From: Paludibacteraceae bacterium
GTDB lineage: Bacteria; Bacteroidota; Bacteroidia; Bacteroidales; Paludibacteraceae
Assembly: GCA_028694915.1 (NCBI GenBank)
Contig: JAQVJY010000002.1
Span: 64,401-128,400 of the forward strand
DNA: 64,000 bases
Direction: 5' to 3'
The translations under genes were made by a program, and so were the position numbers. The notes beneath the pieces were generated by a model. The model was not told the DNA's origin, did no database searches, and worked only from the letters and a program-made list of their open reading frames with translations. Below, piece by piece: positions 1 through 9,945 of the stretch (position 1 is its first letter; every line of letters starts with the position of its first letter).

Positions 1-14
1 TATTCTTCTTTTTA

Positions 15-221
15 TTGTTCATCGTTTTATTGGTATTACTTATTGGTATCAGTTTCATACGTTCTTTATTTGTGCGTACTAAACGCCCAAAAGACCCAAT
101 GTCAGATACTGAAACACCAGTAGATAATGAGGCAAAACGCGATAAACAGCGCCGCAATGTATTTAAAAAGACGGGAGAATATGTAGATTTTGAAGAAGTA
201 GACGATTCTAAAAACGCTTAA
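15..221 (+). CDS. small membrane protein, DUF4834-like (may be N-terminally truncated by the window edge)
   Basis: 68-aa ORF with a hydrophobic N-terminal helix and a charged tail ending GEYVDFEEV. The frame stays open back to base 3, so the true start may lie upstream of the window. Confidence 0.5.
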   Translation: MFIVLLVLLIGISFIRSLFVRTKRPKDPMSDTETPVDNEAKRDKQRRNVFKKTGEYVDFEEVDDSKNA

Positions 222-1657
222 ATTAGCGGGCTAAACAGTCGAGCAAAGGATTCTTTAAAACGATCGATACGTTTACGCGACTTCCATACATCGAGTTTTA
301 GTTCTACACAACTGTGCGAATCTTTTAAAAAGTGACGTTTTAAGGTGGCAGCCACTTTCTCATCCAAAACAAACGCATTTATCTCAAAATTGTGCTCATA
401 ACTACGCACATCCATATTGGCTGTACCAACAGTCGACACACGATCATCGGCGACAATAGCTTTGCTGTGCAAAAAGTTATGTTGATACATAAACACCCGA
501 ACACCTGACTCCAAAAGCTGTTGTAAATAAGAATTTGAGGCTAACGTAACCAACCATGTATCCGATTTTTCGGGTAACATAACACGTACATCTACACCAC
601 TCAAAGCAGCCGTTTGCATAGCCGTTAAAACGCTTTCCGTAGGAATGAGGTAAGGCGTATGAATATAGACATACTGAGACGCACCTGCAATAATCGACAC
701 AACACCTTGCATAATCGTTTTCCAATCGGAATCTGGCCCAGACCCGACAATTTGTACTAAATTGTTATTGGCAGAAGGAGAAACGGTAGGAAAATATTTG
801 GGATGCGTTATTATTTTATTATCCACAAAAAACCAATCAATCAGAAAAACACGTTGTAAGCCACGCACAGCAGAACCTTCAATACGAATTTGTGTGTCGC
901 GCCACAAACCCAATTTATTTCCATTTAAATATCTATCGGCAATATTCAATCCGCCCGTATAACCTATCACACCATCAATAATCACAATTTTACGATGATT
1001 ACGATAATTCATTTTACTGAAACCAATTGATTTTTTGAGCGGTAAAAACGGCTGTATGTAGACACCTGCATCTCGCAATGATTGTAGATACGATTTAGAC
1101 AAATCAAATCCGCCTAAATAATCATAAATAACCCGAACTCGAACACCAGCTTCTGCTTTACGAATAAGTAGTTGACGCAAACGATTACCAACTTCATCAT
1201 CTTGAATAATGTAAAACTCTAAATGAATATGATTTTGTGCCTGTTCAATATCGTAAAACAGGCTATCAAAGGTTTCAAAGCCAGTCGTGAGTATTTTTAC
1301 TTTACTATTGGTATAAGGATACGCTTCAGCATTGTTATATAAGAGCGAAACCAGTTTTTGATTTTCTACAGGCAAGGTGTCGTCTTTAAAAAAGGCTTTA
1401 AAGTCGAAATCAGAGTGAGCTGGGCGCGAAAATTTCTTGATACTTTTTTTCGAAATAATTTTACGACGCCGAAAATCCTGTCCAAACAACACATAAATAA
1501 CAAGGCCAACAAAAGGAAGTAAAACCAGCACCAAAACCCAAGCTATGGATTTGAGTGGATTGCGATTTTCCAACAAAATAGCAAAAATAATCATCGCAAT
1601 CGTGTAAACAAATAACACAACAACAATCCAATATACTATGTCAGATACCAAATTCAT
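218..1657 (-). CDS. cls: cardiolipin synthase (phospholipase D family)
   Basis: Two N-terminal TM helices and two HKD motifs (HRKIVIIDG and HSKAIVADD). Start is placed at MNLVSD (ATG 1655-1657), which overlaps the ribD stop as ATGA. Confidence 0.9.
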   Translation of the reverse strand: MNLVSDIVYWIVVVLFVYTIAMIIFAILLENRNPLKSIAWVLVLVLLPFVGLVIYVLFGQDFRRRKIISKKSIKKFSRPAHSDFDFKAFFKDDTLPVENQKLVSLLYNNAEAYPYTNSKVKILTTGFETFDSLFYDIEQAQNHIHLEFYIIQDDEVGNRLRQLLIRKAEAGVRVRVIYDYLGGFDLSKSYLQSLRDAGVYIQPFLPLKKSIGFSKMNYRNHRKIVIIDGVIGYTGGLNIADRYLNGNKLGLWRDTQIRIEGSAVRGLQRVFLIDWFFVDNKIITHPKYFPTVSPSANNNLVQIVGSGPDSDWKTIMQGVVSIIAGASQYVYIHTPYLIPTESVLTAMQTAALSGVDVRVMLPEKSDTWLVTLASNSYLQQLLESGVRVFMYQHNFLHSKAIVADDRVSTVGTANMDVRSYEHNFEINAFVLDEKVAATLKRHFLKDSHSCVELKLDVWKSRKRIDRFKESFARLFSPLI

Positions 1658-2697
1658 GCCTCTGGAATTCCTATTACCATTATATTTTGATCGTACCACT
1701 TAGTGTCGATTATTTTCATCGAAATATTGGGTGCTTTAACACCGGCACCAATAATTTCTGGCGAAGTTTCGATATGAACTTCATCCCACAAATGAGCGTC
1801 AACAAATGCTTGTAGTAATTGAGTGCCACCCTCAACAATGAGTGAGGACAAATTGGCTTGATATAAATAGTCCACTATTTGAGGCACAATTGCTTTAGAA
1901 AAATCTAATTTGACAAATGTAATATTAGTTTTATTTTCTACCATTTTATCGGTAAAAATTACCGTTGGTGTTGTCTGATCATAAAGACGATAATCGGACG
2001 GAATACGCAAAGATTTATCGACTACCATACGAACAGGATTACGAGCGCTCCATTTACGTGCCGTAAGATGTGGATTATCAAGCAATGCCGTATTAGTACC
2101 AACTAAAATCGCCGATTCTATCGAACGAATTTGATGATTCAAGGTTTTGGTTACCTCATTTGAAATACGCAATGGAGGAATCTCTGAAGTGGTTCGCGAG
2201 GCGTCAATAAAACCATCTTGTGTTTGTGCCCATTTGAGAATAACAAACGGACGTTTATTTGTAAACATGGTTACAAACCGCTTATTGAGGTCTTGACATT
2301 TATCATTCAATACATTTTCAACGACTTCTATACCAGCTTCACGTAGCATTTGAATACCACGACCATTGACTTTAGGATTTGGATCGCCCATGCCAATAAC
2401 CACGCGAGGAATTTTTTTATCAATAATCAGCTGTACACAAGGCGGCGTTTTTCCATAATGGGAACAGGGCTCCAAGTTAACATAAAGTGTCGATTTCATC
2501 AGCAAATTTTGGTCGTTTACCGAGCGAATTGCATTAACCTCGGCATGCGGTTCTCCGCAACGATGATGATACCCTTCACCGATAATGACGCCATCGCACA
2601 CAATCACGGCACCAACCATAGGGTTTGGAGCAGTATGCCCTTCAGCTTGCTGTGCGAGCTGCAAACAACGACTCATATACAATTCATTCTGTTCCAT
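1654..2697 (-). CDS. ribD: bifunctional riboflavin biosynthesis deaminase/reductase RibD
   Basis: Cytidine-deaminase zinc motifs HAEVNA and PCSHYGKTPPC, followed by a C-terminal reductase domain. Start is trimmed to MEQNELYMSRCL (ATG at 2695-2697); the longer ORF-track N-terminus is low-complexity read-through. Confidence 0.9.
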   Translation of the reverse strand: MEQNELYMSRCLQLAQQAEGHTAPNPMVGAVIVCDGVIIGEGYHHRCGEPHAEVNAIRSVNDQNLLMKSTLYVNLEPCSHYGKTPPCVQLIIDKKIPRVVIGMGDPNPKVNGRGIQMLREAGIEVVENVLNDKCQDLNKRFVTMFTNKRPFVILKWAQTQDGFIDASRTTSEIPPLRISNEVTKTLNHQIRSIESAILVGTNTALLDNPHLTARKWSARNPVRMVVDKSLRIPSDYRLYDQTTPTVIFTDKMVENKTNITFVKLDFSKAIVPQIVDYLYQANLSSLIVEGGTQLLQAFVDAHLWDEVHIETSPEIIGAGVKAPNISMKIIDTKWYDQNIMVIGIPEA

Positions 2698-2725
2698 TAT
2701 ATCCGCAAAAATCAAGTAATAAGAA

Positions 2726-2733
2726 CAAAGATA
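2726..2733 (-). promoter_or_regulatory. candidate Bacteroidota -7 promoter box (TATCTTTG) for ribD-cls
   Basis: Reverse complement of caaagata matches TAnnTTTG. It lies 29 nt upstream of the ribD ATG. Confidence 0.35.
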
Positions 2734-2860
2734 GTAAGAAATTTTCTGAAAACAGATGAACAACTTGTAAAAACATAAATAAAAAATGTTGCAGCTATTG
2801 CAAAAACGGATAAAAAAGACGAAATTTGCAACTGTTTTACAAACTTTTAACATCAAAATT

Positions 2861-4705
2861 ATGTGTGGAATTGTAGGTTACATTGGCAAACGCGACGCTT
2901 ATCCTATCTTGATCAAAGGCTTACATCGTTTGGAGTATCGTGGTTACGATAGTGCAGGCGTAGCATTGATTAATAGTAAACAAGAGTTAAAAGTGTACAA
3001 AGCCAAAGGCAAAGTGGCTGATTTGGAACACGCGGTAGAATCTAAAGACGTGTCGGGCACTATAGGTATTGCACACACTCGCTGGGCTACGCATGGAGAG
3101 CCAAACCAAGTAAATGCTCACCCTCACTACTCTGAATCAGAAGAATTGGCCATTATACACAATGGAATTATAGAAAACTATGCGGTACTCAAACAAGGTT
3201 TGATGAAACACGGTTATTCATTCAAAAGCGAAACTGACACAGAAGTGTTAGTGCAACTTATCGAATATATCAAAACAACTGATAAAACAGATTTACAAAC
3301 CGCCGTACAATTAGCATTAAACCAAGTGGTTGGTGCTTATGCCATTGTAGTTTTAGATCGAAATAATCCCGATGAAATGGTGGCTGCGCGTAAAGGTAGC
3401 CCACTCGTTGTCGGCATTGGAGAGGATGAATTCTTTTTAGCATCGGATGCTACTCCAATCGTGGAATTTACAAATAAAGTAGTGTACGTAGGAGAGCAAG
3501 AAATAGTACATCTGCAACGTGGCAAGGAAATTAGCATTAGAACGATTGGTAATGTTGTAAAAACTCCAGAAATCAAAAAACTGGAAATGACCTTAAGTCA
3601 ACTCGAGAAAGGTGGTTATCCACACTTCATGCTAAAAGAAATCTTTGAACAACCAACCACACTTGCTACAAGTATGCGTGGCCGTGTGAACATTGAGCAT
3701 AATAACATTACACTAGCAGGTTTTATTGATAATAAAGAAAAGTTCCTGAATGCAAAACGCATTATCATCACTGCTTGTGGTACTTCATGGCATGCTGGCT
3801 TGATTGGCATGTATGCCATCGAGGAGTTTGCTCGTATTCCTGTAGTAGTGGAATATTCATCAGAATTCCGTTATCGCAGTCCTGTTATCAATGAAGACGA
3901 TTTGGTGATTGCAATTTCTCAATCAGGAGAAACTGCCGATACATTAGCAGCTATTGAATTAGCCAAATCGCACGGTGCCTTTATTTTTGGAATATGCAAC
4001 GTAGTTGGCGCATCTATTCCAAGAGCAGCACATTCAGGCTGTTACACACACGTTGGTCCAGAAATTGGAGTGGCTTCTACCAAAGCTTTTACCGCACAAG
4101 TTACGGTACTCACCATGTTGGCATTAATGATTGGTAAAGAAAAAGGTACATTAAGCGACGAACGATATTTGCAAATTGTATCTGAATTGGCCAAAATTCC
4201 AGAAAAAATTTCGGAAACGTTAAAGCAAGACGACCGTATCGCTGAATTTGCTAAAACATTCACTTACGCACAAAACTTCATCTATTTAGGTCGTGGCTAT
4301 AATTATCCTATTGCCATGGAAGGCGCTTTAAAGCTGAAAGAAATTTCATACATCCATGCCGAAGGTTACCCAGCTGCCGAGATGAAACATGGACCTATTG
4401 CTTTAATTAATCAAGAGATGCCAGTTGTAGTAATTGCACCACAGTGTGGAACGTACGAAAAAGTGGTAAGTAATATTCAAGAAATCAAAGCGCGCAAGGG
4501 ACGTATTATTTCGATTGTAACAAATGGCGATACCGTGGTAAGAGATATGTCTGATTATAGCATTTGCATTCCGGAAACCGAAGAGTGTTTAGTACCTCTT
4601 TTGGCCGCCATTCCTTTACAACTATTGGCTTATCACATTGCGGTAGTGAAAGGATGTGATGTCGATCAACCACGTAATTTGGCTAAATCGGTAACGGTAG
4701 AATAA
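2861..4705 (+). CDS. glmS: glutamine--fructose-6-phosphate aminotransferase
   Basis: N-terminal MCGIVGY (Ntn catalytic Cys), two SIS domains, and a C-terminal KSVTVE. Start is trimmed to ATG 2861. Confidence 0.95.
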   Translation: MCGIVGYIGKRDAYPILIKGLHRLEYRGYDSAGVALINSKQELKVYKAKGKVADLEHAVESKDVSGTIGIAHTRWATHGEPNQVNAHPHYSESEELAIIHNGIIENYAVLKQGLMKHGYSFKSETDTEVLVQLIEYIKTTDKTDLQTAVQLALNQVVGAYAIVVLDRNNPDEMVAARKGSPLVVGIGEDEFFLASDATPIVEFTNKVVYVGEQEIVHLQRGKEISIRTIGNVVKTPEIKKLEMTLSQLEKGGYPHFMLKEIFEQPTTLATSMRGRVNIEHNNITLAGFIDNKEKFLNAKRIIITACGTSWHAGLIGMYAIEEFARIPVVVEYSSEFRYRSPVINEDDLVIAISQSGETADTLAAIELAKSHGAFIFGICNVVGASIPRAAHSGCYTHVGPEIGVASTKAFTAQVTVLTMLALMIGKEKGTLSDERYLQIVSELAKIPEKISETLKQDDRIAEFAKTFTYAQNFIYLGRGYNYPIAMEGALKLKEISYIHAEGYPAAEMKHGPIALINQEMPVVVIAPQCGTYEKVVSNIQEIKARKGRIISIVTNGDTVVRDMSDYSICIPETEECLVPLLAAIPLQLLAYHIAVVKGCDVDQPRNLAKSVTVE

Positions 4706-4725
4706 TTCTGTTATCTTTATATAAA

Positions 4726-4758
4726 ATAGGCGTTGCTAAGTGACTTAGCAACGCCTAT
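4726..4758. terminator. bidirectional rho-independent terminator between convergent glmS and the AraC-family gene
   Basis: Perfect 15-bp stem ataggcgttgctaag / cttagcaacgcctat with a 3-nt loop, flanked by an A-run and a T-run. Confidence 0.65.
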
Positions 4759-4770
4759 TTAGTTTTTATA

Positions 4771-5922
4771 TTAATCTGAAGTATTACGGTAAACGGTCGG
4801 AGAAATTCCTGTTATTTTTTTAAACCAAAGATTAAACGATGAAATGGACGAAAAACCCATATCAAGAGCGACTTCCGAAATGGATAATGTTTTACAAGAA
4901 CGAAGTAAATCCTGTGCCTCAATTATACGGCGCTCATTGATAAGCGTTCTGAAATTGGCATGATATGTTTCTTGCAAAAAACGCGAAAAATAAGTGCGAT
5001 TCGTACCCAATAAACGAACCACATCATCAGCTGATAAATCTGCTGATTTCCAAATTTTTTTACAATCCATTAAAAGTCTAAAATTAGTATCTAACGAATA
5101 ACTATCTTTTTTAGATTCATCTTTAAAATGGTATTCATCAGAAATTAAAGCAGATAGAGGAGAAAAAGAATCAGAATACAACGTTTTGTGACGTAATCCA
5201 AATAGCACAAACGTAGAAACCAAAATAGTACCCAAGTAATTGAGAGTAACCTTTATAACAAGCGCCTCCAAAACAAAAGAAATAGCTGACAAAATAGCGA
5301 ATACAAAAAATAAAGCGAGCACATATAATAGCCAATTAAGTGAAATATCTTCTTGATCGTAGGAAAAATCTTCAACAATATCCTTTTTGTAACGTCTATA
5401 GAGTTTCAGAGACAAAAGAACAATCAACACGGTGTAAACCAAATAAAAAACTAAAGCAAATAGGCGCGCCCAAATTTCCAAGGCTGATAATTGATTTAAA
5501 AAGCCAATCCACGTATAAACAGGAGGCAACTCGCCCCTACTCACGACTCCTATCAAATACATTAAAATTAGCAAAATGGGGATGGTATACCATTGTAACC
5601 ATGCCTTTGGCGACAAAAAACGACCTAAACAAGCACAATGAATGTAATTATAAAATAAAGGAAAGACAGTGATACCAAACCAGTAAGAATAGAAATCTAT
5701 AATAGGATACGGAGGCTCTACACAAAACAATTCCCAAGTAGCTAACGCTATAATGCCAAAGCACCAAACAGACAAAAAAATAAGTAATGCTCGTTTAGAT
5801 TTATCCTGTCGCCATTCAGGTATAACTAGTATAAAAATGACGAAGAGCAGAGAACAAATAATGGGTACAATGTATGACACATGTACTCCAAATAATTGCA
5901 AAAGATTTAATTCTGAAAACAT
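4771..5922 (-). CDS. membrane-embedded AraC-family transcriptional regulator (about 7 TM helices plus a C-terminal HTH)
   Basis: The N-terminal ~250 aa contain seven hydrophobic segments. The C-terminal ~100 aa are a typical AraC HTH_18 domain (RTYFSRFLQETYHANFRTLINERRI...GFSSISSFNLWFKKITGISP). Confidence 0.75.
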   Translation of the reverse strand: MFSELNLLQLFGVHVSYIVPIICSLLFVIFILVIPEWRQDKSKRALLIFLSVWCFGIIALATWELFCVEPPYPIIDFYSYWFGITVFPLFYNYIHCACLGRFLSPKAWLQWYTIPILLILMYLIGVVSRGELPPVYTWIGFLNQLSALEIWARLFALVFYLVYTVLIVLLSLKLYRRYKKDIVEDFSYDQEDISLNWLLYVLALFFVFAILSAISFVLEALVIKVTLNYLGTILVSTFVLFGLRHKTLYSDSFSPLSALISDEYHFKDESKKDSYSLDTNFRLLMDCKKIWKSADLSADDVVRLLGTNRTYFSRFLQETYHANFRTLINERRIIEAQDLLRSCKTLSISEVALDMGFSSISSFNLWFKKITGISPTVYRNTSD

Positions 5923-5958
5923 GGTATACTATTCAAAATTAACAAAAAGAAACAATTA

Positions 5959-5966
5959 CAAAGATA
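5959..5966 (-). promoter_or_regulatory. candidate -7 promoter box (TATCTTTG) for the AraC-family gene
   Basis: The reverse complement matches TAnnTTTG and lies 37 nt upstream of ATG 5922. Confidence 0.35.
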
Positions 5967-6102
5967 ACTTTTTTTAATAAAAACAAGTCTATTAGACCTC
6001 TATTTGTAAAAAAACTTGGAATTAGAATATCTAACCCCAAGTTTATCAGCGATATAAACAATACAATTAATTCGACACTAAAACTATATTGAAAGTACCT
6101 CC

Positions 6103-7431
6103 TTAAAAAGTGAGTTCCTTGCCATTATAAAAATCAAAGATTTTAGTTCTAAAAATGAATTCAAATTTAGCTTGAGCCTCTTGTGCTAATGATTTTTCGA
6201 GCCGTGTTTTTGCATTATTAAAATCAAACGGAGTCGATTTCCCGCCATTATATTTGAGTTGCTCAAATTCAAACGAGATGCGTGATGCTTCGGATGTTTT
6301 GCCCGCTGCTGTATATTTTTCACGAGCAGCCAACGCATTATAATAAGCCGTTTGGATCTCTTTCAATAATACTTGTTTGGTGTTTTCTAATTCCAATTCT
6401 TGATTTAAAATTCCAATACGAGCTTGTTTAACGCGATTCACAGATGCCAATCTATTGAATATCGGAATTGATAACGATAAAGCCACAGCTTCGCTACTGT
6501 TGTCCTTCAACTGCTGTCCAAATCCTACATTATTCAATTGAAAAGAGTGAAAATAACCCGTACTATAACCAGCTTGCAAATCGAGTTGCGGATAATAGGC
6601 CGATTGTGCCACTTTCAGATCCTTTTTACTGCTTTCGATACGATTTTCTGACGCTTTAATAGCTGGACGCAAGGATAACGATTTAGCATAGGCATCTTGA
6701 GGTGAAACTAAACTTAAATCTAACGTCTCGAGCAACGATTTGGTATCAATAGCCGCTACATCAAAATTGGCAATATCGGTATAATTAATAGCTTGACACA
6801 AATCGAGAATAGCCAATTTCAAAGCATTAGAAGCCTCGATATAGGTTTGTTGATCATTGGCCAATTGTGCTTTATTTTCATACAATTCCGATTCTGATTT
6901 TTTACCACTTTCGACTAATGCTTGGGTATTTTTCACTTGTTCTTCACTCAACTTTACCTGTTCCTGAGTAATATTCACCAACTCTTTGTTGTACAAAATA
7001 TTCAAATAATAAGCCGTTACATTGAGTGTTAAATCTTCTTTGGCCTTATTCAAATCTTCAATAGCGGCTTGCAAATTCAATTTATCAGATGCTACTTGAT
7101 TGGTAATGCGCAAACCACTAAATAAAGGCATAGAAGTAGATACATTAAAATTGGTAGAAGCAAGTGATTGACTAGTAGTGATATTATCATTACCAGTGGC
7201 ACGACCAAATGAAAAATTCTGACCCAATCCTGCATTCAAGTTCGGCACAAAACTCCATTGTGATGTATTCAAATTGAGCTTCTGATAATCGGTTTGTAAA
7301 GCCATTTTTTGAACCGTTATATTATTTTGAACTGCGTAATCGACACATTTACTGAGCGACCACACTTCTTGCGCCTGGAGCGAGGCTGCCAAAACAGCTA
7401 GAATGGTAATTACTATAATTTTTAGTTTCAT
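6103..7431 (-). CDS. TolC-family outer membrane efflux protein
   Basis: Signal peptide (LQA|QEV), two-repeat OEP architecture, and last position in the efflux operon. Confidence 0.85.
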   Translation of the reverse strand: MKLKIIVITILAVLAASLQAQEVWSLSKCVDYAVQNNITVQKMALQTDYQKLNLNTSQWSFVPNLNAGLGQNFSFGRATGNDNITTSQSLASTNFNVSTSMPLFSGLRITNQVASDKLNLQAAIEDLNKAKEDLTLNVTAYYLNILYNKELVNITQEQVKLSEEQVKNTQALVESGKKSESELYENKAQLANDQQTYIEASNALKLAILDLCQAINYTDIANFDVAAIDTKSLLETLDLSLVSPQDAYAKSLSLRPAIKASENRIESSKKDLKVAQSAYYPQLDLQAGYSTGYFHSFQLNNVGFGQQLKDNSSEAVALSLSIPIFNRLASVNRVKQARIGILNQELELENTKQVLLKEIQTAYYNALAAREKYTAAGKTSEASRISFEFEQLKYNGGKSTPFDFNNAKTRLEKSLAQEAQAKFEFIFRTKIFDFYNGKELTF

Positions 7432-7507
7432 AATGAGTTAAATTTTCTATTACGGACTTTATACGTGACGTAAAAATACCAGAATCAAAATGGATTTGAC
7501 CAACTAA

Positions 7508-8638
7508 TTATTTAGCAGGAGGTGTTGGCGTTTTTTCAGTTTCTACTTTTTGTAGACCACGAATTTCCATCGAATCAACTACGCCTTTTACAACTTGAAT
7601 ATTGATACCATCGGACAGACCTAATTCCACAAATTTCTTATCGAACGTTTGAGTTTTATCTTTAGTCTTTTTGAGTACATACACAAACGCGGAGTCATTT
7701 TCGAACGAAACAGCACTTTCAGGAATGGTCAACACATCTTTACGTTGATCTAAAATAATTTCGGCATTGGCACTGTAGCCTGCGCGAATCACCACAGAAT
7801 CAGGAATACGAGCAGCCGCTTTCATTTCGAACATCACAGCGCCATTTTCTTCAACTCCTTTAGGAGAAATATACTCCAATGTGGCATTAAATTTTTTATC
7901 TTGCAACGCGCCAACAGTCAGTACAATAGGCATCCCTTCGTGAACACGACCAACTTCGGTTTCATCAATTTTACCTTCAAAAATCATATCGTTCATGTCG
8001 GCAATGGTAGCAATGGTAGTTCCATCATTGAAGTTATTCGACTGGATAACAGAATTACCCACTTTTACTGGAATATCGAGAATGACACCTGTAATGGTTG
8101 AACGAATTTGTGTGTTACTATAAGAACCTGAGCGTTTTGCAATACCATCTTTAATAATTTCTACATTATCAACGGCATTTTGCAATTCTTCTTTTGATTT
8201 TAAATAGTTCGCTTTACTCTGTTCAAAATCTTCGCGCGACAACACTTTCGAATCGTATAATTTTTCGTCGCGTTCATACTGTTTTTGAATGCGATCCAAA
8301 TCAATTTTGGCAACATTCACACGACTTTCAGCACTGTTAAGTTGGCTCATTTCGGGAATAACCTTTACTAACGCAATGATTTCGCCAGCTTGCACACGTT
8401 GCCCAGCCTCTTTATAAATTTTAGCAATAATTCCGGAGATTTGTGGCTTAATAGAAACCTCATTACGTGGTTCTATTTTACCGGTAGCAACGGTTTTTTT
8501 CGAAATAGTTTGAATAGATGGTTTCACAATTTCATAAACCACCGTTTTAGGTTGCGACTTTTGCCATAAAAAGACAAATGTACCAATAACAACGATTCCC
8601 AAAAGAGAAAGTAGAATAATCCTAATTGCTTTTTTCAT
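7508..8638 (-). CDS. efflux periplasmic adaptor (HlyD/MacA-type membrane fusion protein)
   Basis: N-terminal TM anchor, a coiled-coil hairpin and barrel-sandwich/beta-barrel segments. The gene sits between the permeases and the TolC-like gene. Confidence 0.85.
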   Translation of the reverse strand: MKKAIRIILLSLLGIVVIGTFVFLWQKSQPKTVVYEIVKPSIQTISKKTVATGKIEPRNEVSIKPQISGIIAKIYKEAGQRVQAGEIIALVKVIPEMSQLNSAESRVNVAKIDLDRIQKQYERDEKLYDSKVLSREDFEQSKANYLKSKEELQNAVDNVEIIKDGIAKRSGSYSNTQIRSTITGVILDIPVKVGNSVIQSNNFNDGTTIATIADMNDMIFEGKIDETEVGRVHEGMPIVLTVGALQDKKFNATLEYISPKGVEENGAVMFEMKAAARIPDSVVIRAGYSANAEIILDQRKDVLTIPESAVSFENDSAFVYVLKKTKDKTQTFDKKFVELGLSDGINIQVVKGVVDSMEIRGLQKVETEKTPTPPAK

Positions 8639-8667
8639 AATTGATTATGAGTTATAATTTGTAAAAT

Positions 8668-9936
8668 TTATTCATCACGTAATGCGTCGATTGCTTTAAT
8701 TTGTAATGCTCTTTTTGAAGGCAGCCAACCCGCAAATAAACCCGCCACTACAATCACTAAAAGTGCAGCTATAGCAATACCAAACGAAATTTGCGGATTA
8801 CTTAAAGGCATGTTTTCGGACGGATTAGCAGCCATAATTTGGGAAACCACCGCAAGCACACCAACACCGAGTACAATACCAAAAATTCCGGCCAAGAAAG
8901 TTAACACCAAGCTTTCACTCATGATTTGTTTCAAAATAGTAAACGGCGAAGCACCCAACGCTCTACGTACCCCAATTTCCTGTGTACGTTCACGCACAGT
9001 TACCAACATAATATTGCTCACGCCCACTACACCAGCGAGCAAAGTTCCTAAACCAACAATCCAAATCAAAGCGTTAATACCAATAATCAGAGCTTGAAAA
9101 AGATCAAAAATTTTCTTCGCATTAAACGAACCTACTGCTTTAGGATCAGTGGGAGCAATGCTATTACGTTTTTTGAGGAACATTTTCACCTCTTCTTCCA
9201 AGTCTGCAATGTTCACAGACTGTTTCGCGGCTAAAGCGATACTATGAACTTTATCCCCTTCGTTTTGAGCTCGCTGCAAAGTAGTAAAAGGTAAATTTAC
9301 CAACTCCTCTGGATCGCCAAACACGTTGATATTTTTGGAAACCGCTTCGCACACACCAACTACGGTGTAATAAATGCCATTTACACGAATCAGCGAACCT
9401 ATAACTTCTTCGTTTGGTCCGTATAAATCATTCACCACGCGTTTACCAATAACACATACTTTACGGTATTCCCGCACATCAATATCATTAATAAAACGAC
9501 CTTGCAATATACGACTCGGATTGATACGATTGTAATCTGGTGAAAAACCCATAACACTAAATGAACCAAATTTATCAAGTCGAACCACATTATTGGTAGA
9601 GCCACCTCTTTCACCAAACATAATGCCACTCATATATTTTATTCTGTCGGCATATTGATGTTTAATAGCTTCATAATCGGACATGGTCATGTTCCAAGTT
9701 CTCCCACGTTGAAAACCCTTATAAGGTTCAGATGTAGCATCGGTAAAAAAGAACGCGGAATTGGCTTCAAAATGCTCTACGCCATCCATGATGCCATGTC
9801 GAATACCAACACCAAAACCTGCCATCACCACCAACATAAAAACACCCCAAAACACACCAAAAGCAGTCAACAAACTACGCGATTTATTTCGCGTAATTGT
9901 TAACCAAATTTCTTGCCATGTATCTAAATCAAACAT
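8668..9936 (-). CDS. ABC transporter permease, MacB/FtsX type
   Basis: TM1, a large periplasmic domain and a C-terminal FtsX 3-TM module (RERTQEIGVRRALGAS). It is a paralogue of the adjacent permease. Confidence 0.85.
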   Translation of the reverse strand: MFDLDTWQEIWLTITRNKSRSLLTAFGVFWGVFMLVVMAGFGVGIRHGIMDGVEHFEANSAFFFTDATSEPYKGFQRGRTWNMTMSDYEAIKHQYADRIKYMSGIMFGERGGSTNNVVRLDKFGSFSVMGFSPDYNRINPSRILQGRFINDIDVREYRKVCVIGKRVVNDLYGPNEEVIGSLIRVNGIYYTVVGVCEAVSKNINVFGDPEELVNLPFTTLQRAQNEGDKVHSIALAAKQSVNIADLEEEVKMFLKKRNSIAPTDPKAVGSFNAKKIFDLFQALIIGINALIWIVGLGTLLAGVVGVSNIMLVTVRERTQEIGVRRALGASPFTILKQIMSESLVLTFLAGIFGIVLGVGVLAVVSQIMAANPSENMPLSNPQISFGIAIAALLVIVVAGLFAGWLPSKRALQIKAIDALRDE

Positions 9937-9945
9937 ACGTTTAAA

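Noticed and set aside
819-827. A perfect DnaA-box 9-mer, TTATCCACA, inside cls, and a near-match, TTATCCACC, at 20755..20763. I considered them because rpmH, yidC and parAB are in the window.
   Set aside because: These are single, isolated occurrences, and about 0.5 is expected by chance in 64 kb on both strands. One is inside a coding region, there is no AT-rich unwinding element with clustered boxes, and there is no dnaA gene. This is not an origin.
2350-2778. 142-aa plus-strand ORF antisense to ribD. Similar long antisense ORFs occur at 13612..14196, 21087..21551, 22596..23054, 45067..45567, 52289..52621 and 54843..55175.
   Set aside because: Each lies entirely within a well-supported gene on the opposite strand and has a low-complexity or Cys/Arg/Phe-skewed composition. 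None has a recognisable motif or a promoter box. They are typical shadow ORFs.
2698-2860. Possible FMN riboswitch upstream of ribD, or a glmS ribozyme upstream of glmS.
   Set aside because: The 163-bp divergent region is AT-rich and unstructured, and it lacks the conserved GC-rich FMN aptamer core. glmS ribozymes are a Gram-positive feature and no such fold is apparent.
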